From Salaquimonas sp. (GTDB taxonomy: Bacteria; Pseudomonadota; Alphaproteobacteria; Rhizobiales; Rhizobiaceae): a DNA stretch of 64,000 bases. Under the pieces are notes generated by a model. The model did not search any database, was not told the origin of the DNA, and worked only from the letters and a program-made list of their open reading frames with translations. The first letter of the stretch is position 1, and every line of letters begins with the position of its first letter. The DNA is taken from positions 902 to 64,901 of the forward strand of contig JBGSJA010000019.1 in the NCBI GenBank assembly GCA_041742235.1, written 5' to 3'. A program made the position numbers and the translations under genes. Of this stretch, positions 1 to 8,361 are shown in pieces.

Positions 1-848
1 GCAAAATCGTGACGGATTGCGCCCAGTTCCTGGATGGCGGCGAGTGCCTCCTCGGTGGAGGTCGCATGCCAGAGGCGTTCCGGCGTTTGGAATCCGGCGG
101 CTTTCAACAGTTTCAGAAATCCGGTTCCCGATGTTGTGATGCCTGAAGGGAACTGACCGAATCCATAAAATATGCCGAGCAATCCCCTTGTCGCGACAAT
201 CCGTGAATCCAATTGTTTCAGCGAGCCCGCCGCCGCATTTCGCGGATTCGCAAAGGCCGGGAGCCCCTCCTCGTCTCGTTCTTCATTCAGTCTCTGAAAA
301 ACGGACTTCGGCAGATAAATTTCTCCGCGAATCTCAATCAGTCCGGCAGGCAACATCGGCGCGGATTGCGGGATGGACGGAATGGTTTGAATGTTCGCGG
401 TGACATCATCACCCGTCGTACCGTCACCGCGTGTTGCCGCTCGAATCAGTTTTCCATCCTCATATAGCAGGCTGATTGCCACCCCATCCACCTTCGGCTC
501 AATGGTCAGGGTAAAATATTCTCCAGTTACAATCTTTGTCACACGTGTGACAAAATCTGTAACTTCTGATTCCTTGTACGTGTTGTCCAGGCTCTGCATG
601 CGGACCAAGTGCCGGGCGGGGGCAAAACCTTCGAGGGGCTTTCCACCCACGGTGAGGGTGGGGGAATCCTCATTTTGCAAGTCCGGGAATTGCTCCTCAA
701 TCTCCTTAAGTTCCCGGAGCAGCTCATCAAATTGCTGATCCGTGATTTGGGGTGCCGCGTCCTGGTAGTAGAGATTGTTGTGTTTCTCAATCTCCAGCCG
801 GAGCCAGTTCGCTCTTGCCTGCGGGGATTTTTCGTTTGATCCACTCAT
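1..848 (-). CDS. ligA: NAD-dependent DNA ligase LigA, N-terminal part (gene continues beyond the left edge)
   Basis: Absent from the ORF track because it has no in-window stop. Reverse translation from the ATG (complement of 846-848) reads MSGSNEKSPQARANWLRLEIEKHNNLYYQDAAPQITDQQFDELLRELKEIEEQFPDL ... TLTIEPKVDGVAISLLYEDGKLIRAATRGDGTTGDDVT ... NPRNAAAGSLKQLD. This shows the KxDG adenylation motif and the typical NAD-ligase N-terminus. Confidence 0.85.
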   Translation of the reverse strand, partial: MSGSNEKSPQARANWLRLEIEKHNNLYYQDAAPQITDQQFDELLRELKEIEEQFPDLQNEDSPTLTVGGKPLEGFAPARHLVRMQSLDNTYKESEVTDFVTRVTKIVTGEYFTLTIEPKVDGVAISLLYEDGKLIRAATRGDGTTGDDVTANIQTIPSIPQSAPMLPAGLIEIRGEIYLPKSVFQRLNEERDEEGLPAFANPRNAAAGSLKQLDSRIVATRGLLGIFYGFGQFPSGITTSGTGFLKLLKAAGFQTPERLWHATSTEEALAAIQELGAIRHDF

Positions 849-1257
849 AAAGCCAATACGCAACGATAATGCCGGAAAGTCCTCCGGTCACGTCTGCAAC
901 AAAGTCAAAAATGTCCGCCCCCTGCCTGCCCGGGGTGAAGGTTTGATGCCACTCATCACTGATTCCAATGGCAAGAATCATTCCCAGCGACAGGCCCTTC
1001 ACCACAACCGCCTGCCATCGAAACGTGCAGGCCAGCGCCCAGGTGAACAAAAATCCCCCGGCGGCAAAATAGACAAAATGCAGGATCTTGTCCGCGTGGA
1101 GAAAAGAAAAGGACGCTACTTCACGCGGAGGCAACGAGGAAAGTCCCCAGAGCGCGCCGGCCCACAGGACAAATCCCGTCCAACCGGCCCACCGGCCAAT
1201 CCTCTGAATTTTCTCATGCATCCCGCGATTGAATACACGAGACGCGAGGGAGTCCAA
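787..1257 (-). CDS. VanZ-like membrane protein
   Basis: ORF 787..1257 has a TTG start; an in-frame ATG lies at 1221. It is hydrophobic and multi-helix, with the VanZ-type segment ISDEWHQTFTPGRQGADIFDFVADVTGGL. Its 3' end overlaps the ligA start by 62 nt. Confidence 0.65.
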   Translation of the reverse strand: MDSLASRVFNRGMHEKIQRIGRWAGWTGFVLWAGALWGLSSLPPREVASFSFLHADKILHFVYFAAGGFLFTWALACTFRWQAVVVKGLSLGMILAIGISDEWHQTFTPGRQGADIFDFVADVTGGLSGIIVAYWLYEWIKRKIPAGKSELAPAGD

Positions 1258-1307
1258 GATTCTTCCTCAAAACCGCTGGGATGGCGACAACCAGGTCTGG
1301 AATGTTC

Positions 1308-2390
1308 TCAAATTTCCACTCGGAATTTTTCGTCTGTTTCAACCGACGAGCAAAATGCGGCGAGGAGGCATGCGAGGGCTTCGAGGTCGGCGAGGTCGAT
1401 GACTTCCACCGGGGAGTGCATGTAGCGGTTTGGGAGGCCGAGGGAGATGGTGGGGATTCCGCCGCGTTGGAGGAAGATCGTGTCGGCGTCCGTTCCCGTG
1501 TGTCGGGGGTTGGCTTCCAATTGGACAGGGATTTTGTGTTTCTCGGCAACGGAGAGAAACCGTTCGCAAAGAGAGGGATGGTTCGAACTACCAAAAGAAA
1601 TCACCGGCCCTCCACCGAGTTTCACGTCTCCATGTTTGGTTTTGGAACAGTTTGGAAAATCGGTGGCATGGGTGACATCAATCACGATTGCCATGTCCGG
1701 TCGGATTCGATACCCGACCATGGTAGCGCCATAGAGTCCGTTTTCTTCCTGAATCGTGGAGACGGCGATCACTTGGGCAACCGGCTGGGATTTTTGCAGA
1801 TGCATCAGTCGGAGCGCTTCTGCTGCGGCCCATGTGCCGATGCGATTGTCACAGCCGCGTGCAGCAATTTTCCCGGATCCCATTTCCCAGACTCCGGCTG
1901 CGATAGTGGCCGGGTCACCAACCCGAACGCGTTTGAGTGCCTCCTCCTTGTTTTTGGCGCCAATATCGATGAAGAGTTCATGAAATTCCGGCGTCTTTTT
2001 CCGGTCCTCCGGTTCCTGCAAATGAATGGCCAGATGACCGATGACCCCTTGGATCGGTCCATGACCTGAACTCACAATCACGCGCTGACCCCGCAGCAAA
2101 CCGCGATCCACGCCCCCGATGCCCTTAAAAAACAAAAAGCCCTCATCGGAGATGTAGGAAATCATGAGCCCGAGTTCGTCCCCGTGTCCCGCCAACAGAA
2201 TTTTGGGTTTTCCCCCGGGGTTTCGGGTCGCGAAGACATTGCCGTAGGGGTCACTTTCGACCTTTTCGGAGAAAGGTGCCACATAGTCGCTCCAGACTCT
2301 CTGACCCCTCCGCTCAAACCCTGATGGGGTGGGGGTTTCCAGCAGTTCTTTCAAGAAGGAATACGACTCGGGAGGCAGGCCATGAAACAT
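1308..2390 (-). CDS. M42 family metallopeptidase (FrvX/YsdC-type aminopeptidase, often annotated endoglucanase)
   Basis: 360-aa ORF. Motifs: LLETPTPSGFE, ILLAGHGDELGLMISYISDEGFLFFKGIGGVD, ARGCDNRIG, IQEENGLYGA and DVTHATD. These match the M42 metal-ligand pattern. Confidence 0.8.
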   Translation of the reverse strand: MFHGLPPESYSFLKELLETPTPSGFERRGQRVWSDYVAPFSEKVESDPYGNVFATRNPGGKPKILLAGHGDELGLMISYISDEGFLFFKGIGGVDRGLLRGQRVIVSSGHGPIQGVIGHLAIHLQEPEDRKKTPEFHELFIDIGAKNKEEALKRVRVGDPATIAAGVWEMGSGKIAARGCDNRIGTWAAAEALRLMHLQKSQPVAQVIAVSTIQEENGLYGATMVGYRIRPDMAIVIDVTHATDFPNCSKTKHGDVKLGGGPVISFGSSNHPSLCERFLSVAEKHKIPVQLEANPRHTGTDADTIFLQRGGIPTISLGLPNRYMHSPVEVIDLADLEALACLLAAFCSSVETDEKFRVEI

Positions 2391-2513
2391 AACACCACGT
2401 TACACCCCGTGGGCCGCGTGTGCAATGTCGGATGAGGTCATTGGGTCGAACGATTCCTGTGTTTTCTATCTTCCGCGCTGGACAAAGTGCCTTTGGCCAC
2501 GCTTGATTTCTTC

Positions 2514-3362
2514 ATGAACACATTTGAAGGACAAGTTGCCATCGTGACGGGAGCAGGCCGGGGAATCGGAGAAGCCATCGCCAAACGTTTTGTCGAACTC
2601 GGAGCCAGGGTGGCGGTTGTGAGCCGCACGGAATCGAATTCTGTGAAAGTGGCTGAGTCATTGAATGCAATCCGTCCGGACAGCGCGAAGCCTTACGCCG
2701 TGGACGTGGCCGATTTTGATGCGGTGCAAAAAGCGGGTGAGCAAATTCTTGCGGACTTCGGGCGATGTGACGTGCTGGTGAACAATGCCGGCATCACCGG
2801 TTTCGAGCAAGGCGTCGTAGCCCACGATCCCGAAAACGCTGAACTGGAAGATTGGCGCGCCGTTCACGCCACGAACCTTGATGGCACCTTCCTGGGTTGC
2901 AAGCACGCGATCCGTGCGATGCGGCGCACAGGCAAGGGGTCGATCATCAACATTTCGTCGCGCTCGGGCGTTGTCGGGATACCGGGAGCCGCCGCATACG
3001 CGTCTTCCAAGGCGGCCATACGCAACCACACGAAGACCGTCGCACTTTATTGCGCGGAACAGGGTCTGGAAGTCAGATGCAATTCAATCCAACCGGCGGC
3101 CATATTGACGCCGATGTGGGAACCCTTGCTGGGCGAAGGGCCAGACCGTAAGGCGCGAATGGCAGCGTTTGTCGCGGATACGCCGCTGCGCCGGTTTGGC
3201 CAGCCCGTGGAGGTTGCCGCCATTGCGGTGCTGCTGGCATCCGATGAGGCCCCGTACATGACCGGAACGGAGATCAACATCGATGGCGGAATACTCGCCG
3301 GGTCGGTGGCAGTGTCCGGATCGACGGCAGGGTCCGCCGATCTTGCCCAGACGACCAAATGA
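2514..3362 (+). CDS. SDR family oxidoreductase
   Basis: The ATG at 2514 gives [23 protein letters not shown] (TGxxxGxG). Further motifs are [20 protein letters not shown] (YxxxK) and a NIDGG tail. The ORF-track start at 2487 is an upstream GTG. The 5' half is visibly lower in GC than the 3' half. Confidence 0.85.
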   Translation: MNTFEGQVAIVTGAGRGIGEAIAKRFVELGARVAVVSRTESNSVKVAESLNAIRPDSAKPYAVDVADFDAVQKAGEQILADFGRCDVLVNNAGITGFEQGVVAHDPENAELEDWRAVHATNLDGTFLGCKHAIRAMRRTGKGSIINISSRSGVVGIPGAAAYASSKAAIRNHTKTVALYCAEQGLEVRCNSIQPAAILTPMWEPLLGEGPDRKARMAAFVADTPLRRFGQPVEVAAIAVLLASDEAPYMTGTEINIDGGILAGSVAVSGSTAGSADLAQTTK

Positions 3363-3480
3363 GCGCTGGAACCTGGACTTTCTCCGCAACGCCTTCACCG
3401 ACAGCCGAGAATTCGACGCGCGGCTCAGCAGGAAAAGGACGACATTGTTAGTGAGGAAAGCGCAACAAATCTCGGGCTTT

Positions 3481-3984
3481 TCAGCTCCGCCAATGCGAGT
3501 TCTGTTCGTGGCGGGCGATGATCTGGGCCAGGCCGGCAAACTCGTCGCGGATAAACCGCTTGAAGCGCAGCACCGTCGGGCGCTTCTCTTCGCCCGTCAA
3601 GGTGAGCATTCCCAGATTGCGCTTCGGGTGGCCGATCCGGATCGAGAGCGCCGAGACGAGGTTCTGCCGGCGCAGCATGAACACTACCGACAGCGGCAGG
3701 ATGGTAAGGCTGTCCGACTGCGACAGGATGTTGACGATCGATGCGAGCGAGCCGCCCGAGAAGGCGACCTTGAAATCGGAGACACCGATCGAGTTCAGCA
3801 CCAGGCGCAAGTCTTGGTAGAGCGTGCTGTTGGCGGGCGGGGCGATCCAGGAATAGTTGGCGATCTCCAGGCGCAGCGAGGATTTCTGCGCCAGCGGGTG
3901 GGTGACGCCGCAAACGACCACGTTGCGGCCGGGCAATATCTGCTCGAGCGGGCGGGCTGACTGACGGTGCTCGTCGAGCGGCAT
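3481..3984 (-). pseudogene. LysR-family regulator remnant (C-terminal substrate-binding half only)
   Basis: The translation matches only the distal part of a LysR effector domain (VVVCGVTHPLAQKSS ... SGGSLASIVNILSQSDSLTILPLSVV ...). There is no winged-helix N-terminus. Only 143 nt separate it from the next gene, whereas about 400 nt would be needed. The first Met is probably fortuitous. Confidence 0.65.
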
Positions 3985-4127
3985 GGCAAAAGCGGCGTTC
4001 TGCCTGGGCGCACGTGGATCAAGAAATGCGTCCTACGCTTATCCAGAAAACCGGCAGCAGGCGAATTCAGAACTCGCAGGCCACTTTGACAGTGTCGATC
4101 CGCCCTGCCCGGCAGGCCATGATCGCA

Positions 4128-5033
4128 TTATGGCCTCGCCCGAAGACGGTTCACCAACAAATCATCCCGCAGGATCTTTTCCTCAAGTGCGTTTAGTTCA
4201 CCAACGTCCCATGTGGCGCTCAGGTAGCGACCCTTGGCCCAGTCCGCCCTACCCGAACTCAACCAGACGGCAAATCCGGCGGCGAGCGCCGGATCATCGA
4301 CCAGATAGGCGTGCATCGCCTCGGGCATGCTTCGCCCCAGTTCGGTCGAAACGCCGCCCGGATGCAGCGCAAAGCACTTTATCCCCTCGTCGCCATGATC
4401 GACCTGGACGAATTCGCACAATCGGTTGATCGCGTGTTTCGAGGTCTGATAGTCCGAGGCACCTGGCATCAGCAATTGCGCGCCGATCGAGGACAACAGC
4501 AGCAGATGGCCGCCGCTTCTCCCTTCGGCCGCGCGGTTCTTGGCCGATTGGATCAGCGGAGGAATGGTGAACCGGATCACATGATAGGCGCCCTTGACGT
4601 TAACCTCCCAATTCCGCCACCACCCGGCCGGATCGGAGAGACCGATCTTGGTCCAGGGTCCGAGGTAGCCGGCATTCGCATCGGCCACATCGATGGCGCC
4701 AAACCGTATCAGGCAATCCGCGACCGCGGCCTCGACATCGGCGGCAATCGTCACGTCGCAAGCCTTTATGGCACAGAGCGTGTCGGGGTTGGCGGCAAGG
4801 ACAAGGTCCCGTGTCTCTTCCAAATGTTCCTTGGACCTGGCCACAAGATACACCGTCCGCGCGCCCGCCTCGGCAAAGGCGATGGCGGTGGCCTGGCCAA
4901 TTCCGCGCGAAGCGCCCGTAATGAACACGACCTTGCCCGCAGCGCTGCCTGCGAGCGCTCCATTTGGGTTGATCGCATCGTAGACGTCGTGATGTGCCGT
5001 CAATTCAAGAAACTGGGTCTGGATCGAGGTCAT
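4128..5033 (-). CDS. SDR family oxidoreductase
   Basis: The longest ORF reaches 5243, but the fold begins at MTSIQTQF (ATG is the complement of 5031-5033). Motifs: GKVVFITGASRGIGQA (TGxxxGxG) and LSSIGA ... YQTSKHA (YxxxK). Confidence 0.8.
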   Translation of the reverse strand: MTSIQTQFLELTAHHDVYDAINPNGALAGSAAGKVVFITGASRGIGQATAIAFAEAGARTVYLVARSKEHLEETRDLVLAANPDTLCAIKACDVTIAADVEAAVADCLIRFGAIDVADANAGYLGPWTKIGLSDPAGWWRNWEVNVKGAYHVIRFTIPPLIQSAKNRAAEGRSGGHLLLLSSIGAQLLMPGASDYQTSKHAINRLCEFVQVDHGDEGIKCFALHPGGVSTELGRSMPEAMHAYLVDDPALAAGFAVWLSSGRADWAKGRYLSATWDVGELNALEEKILRDDLLVNRLRARP

Positions 5034-5198
5034 GCGGTTCTTCCCGTGGTCCGAGTGTTGATCTCCACTCCCAATAGCGGTCCAAGCTCGACGCTGCCTG
5101 CCATAAACTGCGAAAATCCTGCCAATTCCTGCAAAAGCTCGTAGGAACGGGTGCATCGGTCGCAATGCGCTGCTACCAATTCTTTCAAGGAGTTGCCC

Positions 5199-6161
5199 AT
5201 GGACCTTGTGCGCCTGATCGATCAAGCCAACCGCTACTTTCAAGAAAGCTCGCGGGATGGACGGATGCTACCCGGTCTGACCGTGCTTCGAAGAGAGGCA
5301 GTGAGCGGCATTGAGGCGGTCGTCTACGAACCGGTGATCTGCCTGATCCTGCAAGGCCGCAAGGAATCCTGGATCGGCAACCTGTTCGCAGATGTTGGGC
5401 CGGGCGATGCCTTGCTGGTCAGCCACGACTTGCCTGTACAATCCAGGATCACCTGCGCGAGCACACATGAGCCCTACCTTGCAGTTATCCTCAAGCTCGA
5501 TCTGGGGATAGTCCGTGGACTTTATGAACAACTGGCCGATGTTCCCATGCCTGGACCGGGTGGCCGGTCCTTGGCGGCGGGGCCGGCGGAACCGGAATGG
5601 CTTGATGTGCTCGAGCGGTACCTGGACCTCATGGACAGACCTCTGGATGCAAAGGTGCTGGGACCATCGGTTCTTCGCGAGGTCCACTATCGCCTGTTGC
5701 TGTCGACGGTCGGAAGGATGCTGCGTGGTCTGCTCGTTGCGGACAGCCACGCCAGCCGGGTTGCCAAGGCCCTTGTCCAACTCCGCCGTGACTTCCGGTC
5801 GCCGTTGAGCCTTCCGGAACTTGCCAAGGCTGCCGGCATGAGCGTCACTTCCTTCCACCAGCATTTCAAAGGCGTAACCGGCACGACGCCGCTTCAGTAT
5901 CAAAAGGACCTCCGGCTGATCGCTTCCCGCACTCTGCTGGCAGAACGCAGAGTATCCGTGTCCGAAGCCGCCTATGCAGTTGGCTATGAAAGCCCGACCC
6001 ATTTCAGCCGCGACTACAGGCGAAAATTCGGTTTGCCGCCCGGCAAGGACGCAAACAGATTCAGCCTTGCGATTCAAAGGGCCGAGATCATGATCCCGGG
6101 TTGGTCAAACGGCGCAGCGACATTGTTTTCGGGCAATGACGACGACAGCAGGTTTCCCTGA
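5199..6161 (+). CDS. AraC family transcriptional regulator (AraC_N-type effector domain)
   Basis: ATG at 5199 with AAGGAG 6 nt upstream. The C-terminus has the double HTH LPELAKAAGMSVTSFHQHFKGVTGTTPLQYQKDLRL ... VSEAAYAVGYESPTHFSRDYRRKFGLPP. It is divergent from the SDR ending at 5033. Confidence 0.8.
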   Translation: MDLVRLIDQANRYFQESSRDGRMLPGLTVLRREAVSGIEAVVYEPVICLILQGRKESWIGNLFADVGPGDALLVSHDLPVQSRITCASTHEPYLAVILKLDLGIVRGLYEQLADVPMPGPGGRSLAAGPAEPEWLDVLERYLDLMDRPLDAKVLGPSVLREVHYRLLLSTVGRMLRGLLVADSHASRVAKALVQLRRDFRSPLSLPELAKAAGMSVTSFHQHFKGVTGTTPLQYQKDLRLIASRTLLAERRVSVSEAAYAVGYESPTHFSRDYRRKFGLPPGKDANRFSLAIQRAEIMIPGWSNGAATLFSGNDDDSRFP

Positions 6162-6224
6162 CGACCGAGGGCTTGTCCCGAGCAAATCTCGTTCAGGCCG
6201 CCAATCTTCAGTTCTCGATCACAT

Positions 6225-6431
6225 CTATTTCGCCGCTTTTTCCAGTTCCTCTTGTGACAAGGCGCCGCTGCCATCGCCATCTGCCGCGGCAAACTGTTCC
6301 TTGTCCCAGTTCACGCCTGCTGCAATGAGTTCATCCAGGTTCAACTGGCCGTCGCCATTGGCGTCGATCTTCGGGAAATCGGCCGCAACGATTGCAATAA
6401 CCGAAAACATGAGTGCGAGCTTCATCTTCAT
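6225..6431 (-). CDS. small secreted EF-hand calcium-binding protein (68 aa)
   Basis: This is the tail of ORF 6225..7307. MKMKLALMFSVIAIVAA is a signal peptide, followed by two DxDxDG loops (DANGDGQLNLDE and DGDGSGALSQEE). GGAGAGGAAA lies directly upstream of the ATG (complement of 6429-6431). Confidence 0.7.
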   Translation of the reverse strand: MKMKLALMFSVIAIVAADFPKIDANGDGQLNLDELIAAGVNWDKEQFAAADGDGSGALSQEELEKAAK

Positions 6432-6472
6432 TTTCCTCTCCTGTTCGCCAGCATGATGCCCAGGCCATTGCG

Positions 6473-7327
6473 TCAGAACGTGGTATCGCCGACCGACACG
6501 GTGCAACCGCTGGTGGCTGGTGAAAACCCGGAAACGGCATTGTCGATACAGCCGATCTGCATCGAGAAACCGAGATCGGCGATGCCGGCATTTCCTGTCG
6601 GGTTGTTCATCAGGTGATTGTTGGAAATTCCGGCACGGGTGACCGAATAAAACGAGATGCCATTCGTCTGCGCGGCGTTCTTGATATTGTAGACCGTGTT
6701 GCCGCGCACCGACACGGTCTGGCTGAACCCGACGCCTATCCCGTATGCGGCTGCCGTCTCGGCAATCGAGGAAACCAGATTGCCCTCGATCACGGAGTTT
6801 TCCCCATAGACGAGGGTTATGCCGGTCGCCTCGCTGTCGAGGTCGCCGGGACCGACATTGGTGATGTGATTGTCGCGGATGACGCTGTCTGCACCAACCA
6901 CGAAAATGCCCCGGTAGTTGCTGGCATTGGCGCTGATGTTCTCGACAGTCGACCGCTGCGCCAACAGCCCACCGAGAAGAACGGCACTGGCAAATCCGTC
7001 CACGCGACCATTTCGGACGGTTACGTCCTTGCGGTGGAACGATACAACGCCGTTCATCCGGTTCGCGGGCCCTGCAAGGCTGTTCGACAAGGTGAAGCCG
7101 TTGAGATCGACCGTCACATTGTCGGCCTCGATTTCGATCGCGCCCGCAAGGTAGGCAGGCGCCGGATCGGTGGTGTTCACGAGGTTCTGCTTCAGGCAAT
7201 AGATCCCGGGCGCAGTAATCGTGAAGGGAACGCTGGTGATCTCGGTGCAGATCGTGATTTCCGCCCGCGCCGGCAGCGCAAGCAGCAGCGAGGCAAGCAA
7301 TCCACAAGCAAGGGCGATTTTGGGCAT
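6473..7327 (-). CDS. secreted right-handed parallel beta-helix repeat protein
   Basis: Start at MPKIALACGLLASLLLALPARA (signal peptide; ATG is the complement of 7325-7327). It continues with about 22-residue repeats rich in N/G/V/I (VRNGRV, IRDNHITNV, IEGNLV, VRGNTVYNI, ISNNHL), typical of the pectate-lyase/NosD-like beta helix. Confidence 0.6.
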   Translation of the reverse strand: MPKIALACGLLASLLLALPARAEITICTEITSVPFTITAPGIYCLKQNLVNTTDPAPAYLAGAIEIEADNVTVDLNGFTLSNSLAGPANRMNGVVSFHRKDVTVRNGRVDGFASAVLLGGLLAQRSTVENISANASNYRGIFVVGADSVIRDNHITNVGPGDLDSEATGITLVYGENSVIEGNLVSSIAETAAAYGIGVGFSQTVSVRGNTVYNIKNAAQTNGISFYSVTRAGISNNHLMNNPTGNAGIADLGFSMQIGCIDNAVSGFSPATSGCTVSVGDTTF

Positions 7328-7471
7328 GGCTCGATCCTCAAGGTTTCGGTTCAGCCAGCCCGCAGCGAGATTAACACAAAATCTGGCAGCACGATAATCA
7401 CCTGTGCCGGCATGGGTAACGAGGCACACTGCGGACTGTCACGGACCGGCGCAGCAAGGCGATGCCTCCAG

Positions 7472-7488
7472 ATTAGAAAACTTCCAAA
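7472..7488. promoter_or_regulatory. candidate iron-control element (Irr box)
   Basis: ATTAGAA-AAC-TTCCAAA matches 12 of 14 half-site positions of the rhizobial ICE as I remember it (TTTAGAA-N3-TTCTAAA). It lies about 120 nt upstream of the imelysin remnant ATG at 7609. Confidence 0.3.
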
Positions 7489-7608
7489 CAACTGATTACC
7501 TTGGCGTTTTGCGATTGACGCAAACCCGCCTGCCGTCTCTATGTCGGGTATTCCGATTGATCCGGCCCTTGAAGCCGGTTGAATGGAGCATGGTCATGAG
7601 CGGACACG

Positions 7609-8190
7609 ATGCATCCCAGATGCAGCGCTATTTCGCGCGCGCACCTGAAAGACTGGTTCTCGACGGTTGCAGGACTTGGCATTGCGGTGGCGCAAACCAA
7701 GGCACGACCGCGCAACTGGCGCTCCGCTCCTTCTATGGCGAGATGATGGATTGGCGCGCCGCCGTGGTGACGGCCGATGCCATGGCTGGGCGGAGGTTTT
7801 CCGGTTCGGCAATCACGTCGTGGATGCCTGGGAGGGGCGTGTCAATGCGTGGCCGCTCGACGAAGGCCTGATCGACTACGTCGATGCGCGCTACGGCACG
7901 GAAAGCGACGACAATCCGCTGTTCACGGCCAATGTCATTGCCAACGCACAGATCGAGGTGGACGGCAAGGCTCTGGATGCCTCCGACATCACGCCGGCGC
8001 CTCTTTCGGGAATGCTCAGCGAGGCCGGCGGTATCGAGGCCAGTGTCGCCACAGGTTACCACGCCATCGAATTCCTGCTGTGGGGCCAGGATTTGAACGG
8101 CACCGGGCCCGGCGCCGGAAACCGGCCGCATACCGACTTTGATCCGGCGAACTGCACCGGCGGCAATTGCGATCGCCGCGCCAAGTTGCC
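7609..8190 (+). pseudogene. imelysin (peptidase M75, IrpA-like) remnant with frameshifts and truncation
   Basis: Three different reading frames are needed. From ATG 7609, a signal-peptide-like MHPRCSAISRAHLKDWFSTVAGLGIAVAQTKA runs into a stop at 7744-7746. A second frame gives LALRSFYGEMMDWRAAVV. The frame of ORF 7667..8230 holds the conserved core EVFRFGNHVVDAWEGRVNAWPLDEGLIDYVD ... VATGYHAIEFLLWGQDLNGTGPGAGNRPHTDF ... [10 protein letters not shown]. Homology stops near 8187, well before a normal C-terminus. Confidence 0.65.
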
Positions 8191-8193
8191 GGA

Positions 8194-8343
8194 GACTATG
8201 TTTCAATGCAGATATTCGAGGAATTGCTGAAGGACGAGAAAGGTCACACCGATTTCCTCGAGACGCAGCTTAATCTCATTGACCAGATCGGCATCCAGAA
8301 CTACGGCCAGCTCAACGCGGCATCGGCCGATGAGGCAGGGTAG
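8194..8343 (+). pseudogene. bfr: bacterioferritin C-terminal remnant (about 50 codons)
   Basis: Below the ORF-track size cut-off. The frame ending at TAG 8341-8343 reads [49 protein letters not shown]. This parallels the E. coli Bfr tail [39 protein letters not shown]. The first three helices are absent. Confidence 0.7.
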
Positions 8344-8361
8344 CCGTCATGCCAAGGCAGG

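Noticed and set aside
188-844. Several 70-115 aa ORFs in the track on both strands (188..403, 213..467, 391..738, 539..844, 609..839).
   Set aside because: All lie within or opposite the clearly recognisable ligA reading frame (minus strand, open to the window edge). Their translations are low-complexity with no family pattern.
6225-7307. 360-aa minus-strand ORF rich in R/C/D/H.
   Set aside because: Only its last 68 codons (the EF-hand mini-protein) make sense. The rest is an out-of-frame read-through across the beta-helix gene 6473..7327, whose own frame has a signal peptide and repeats.
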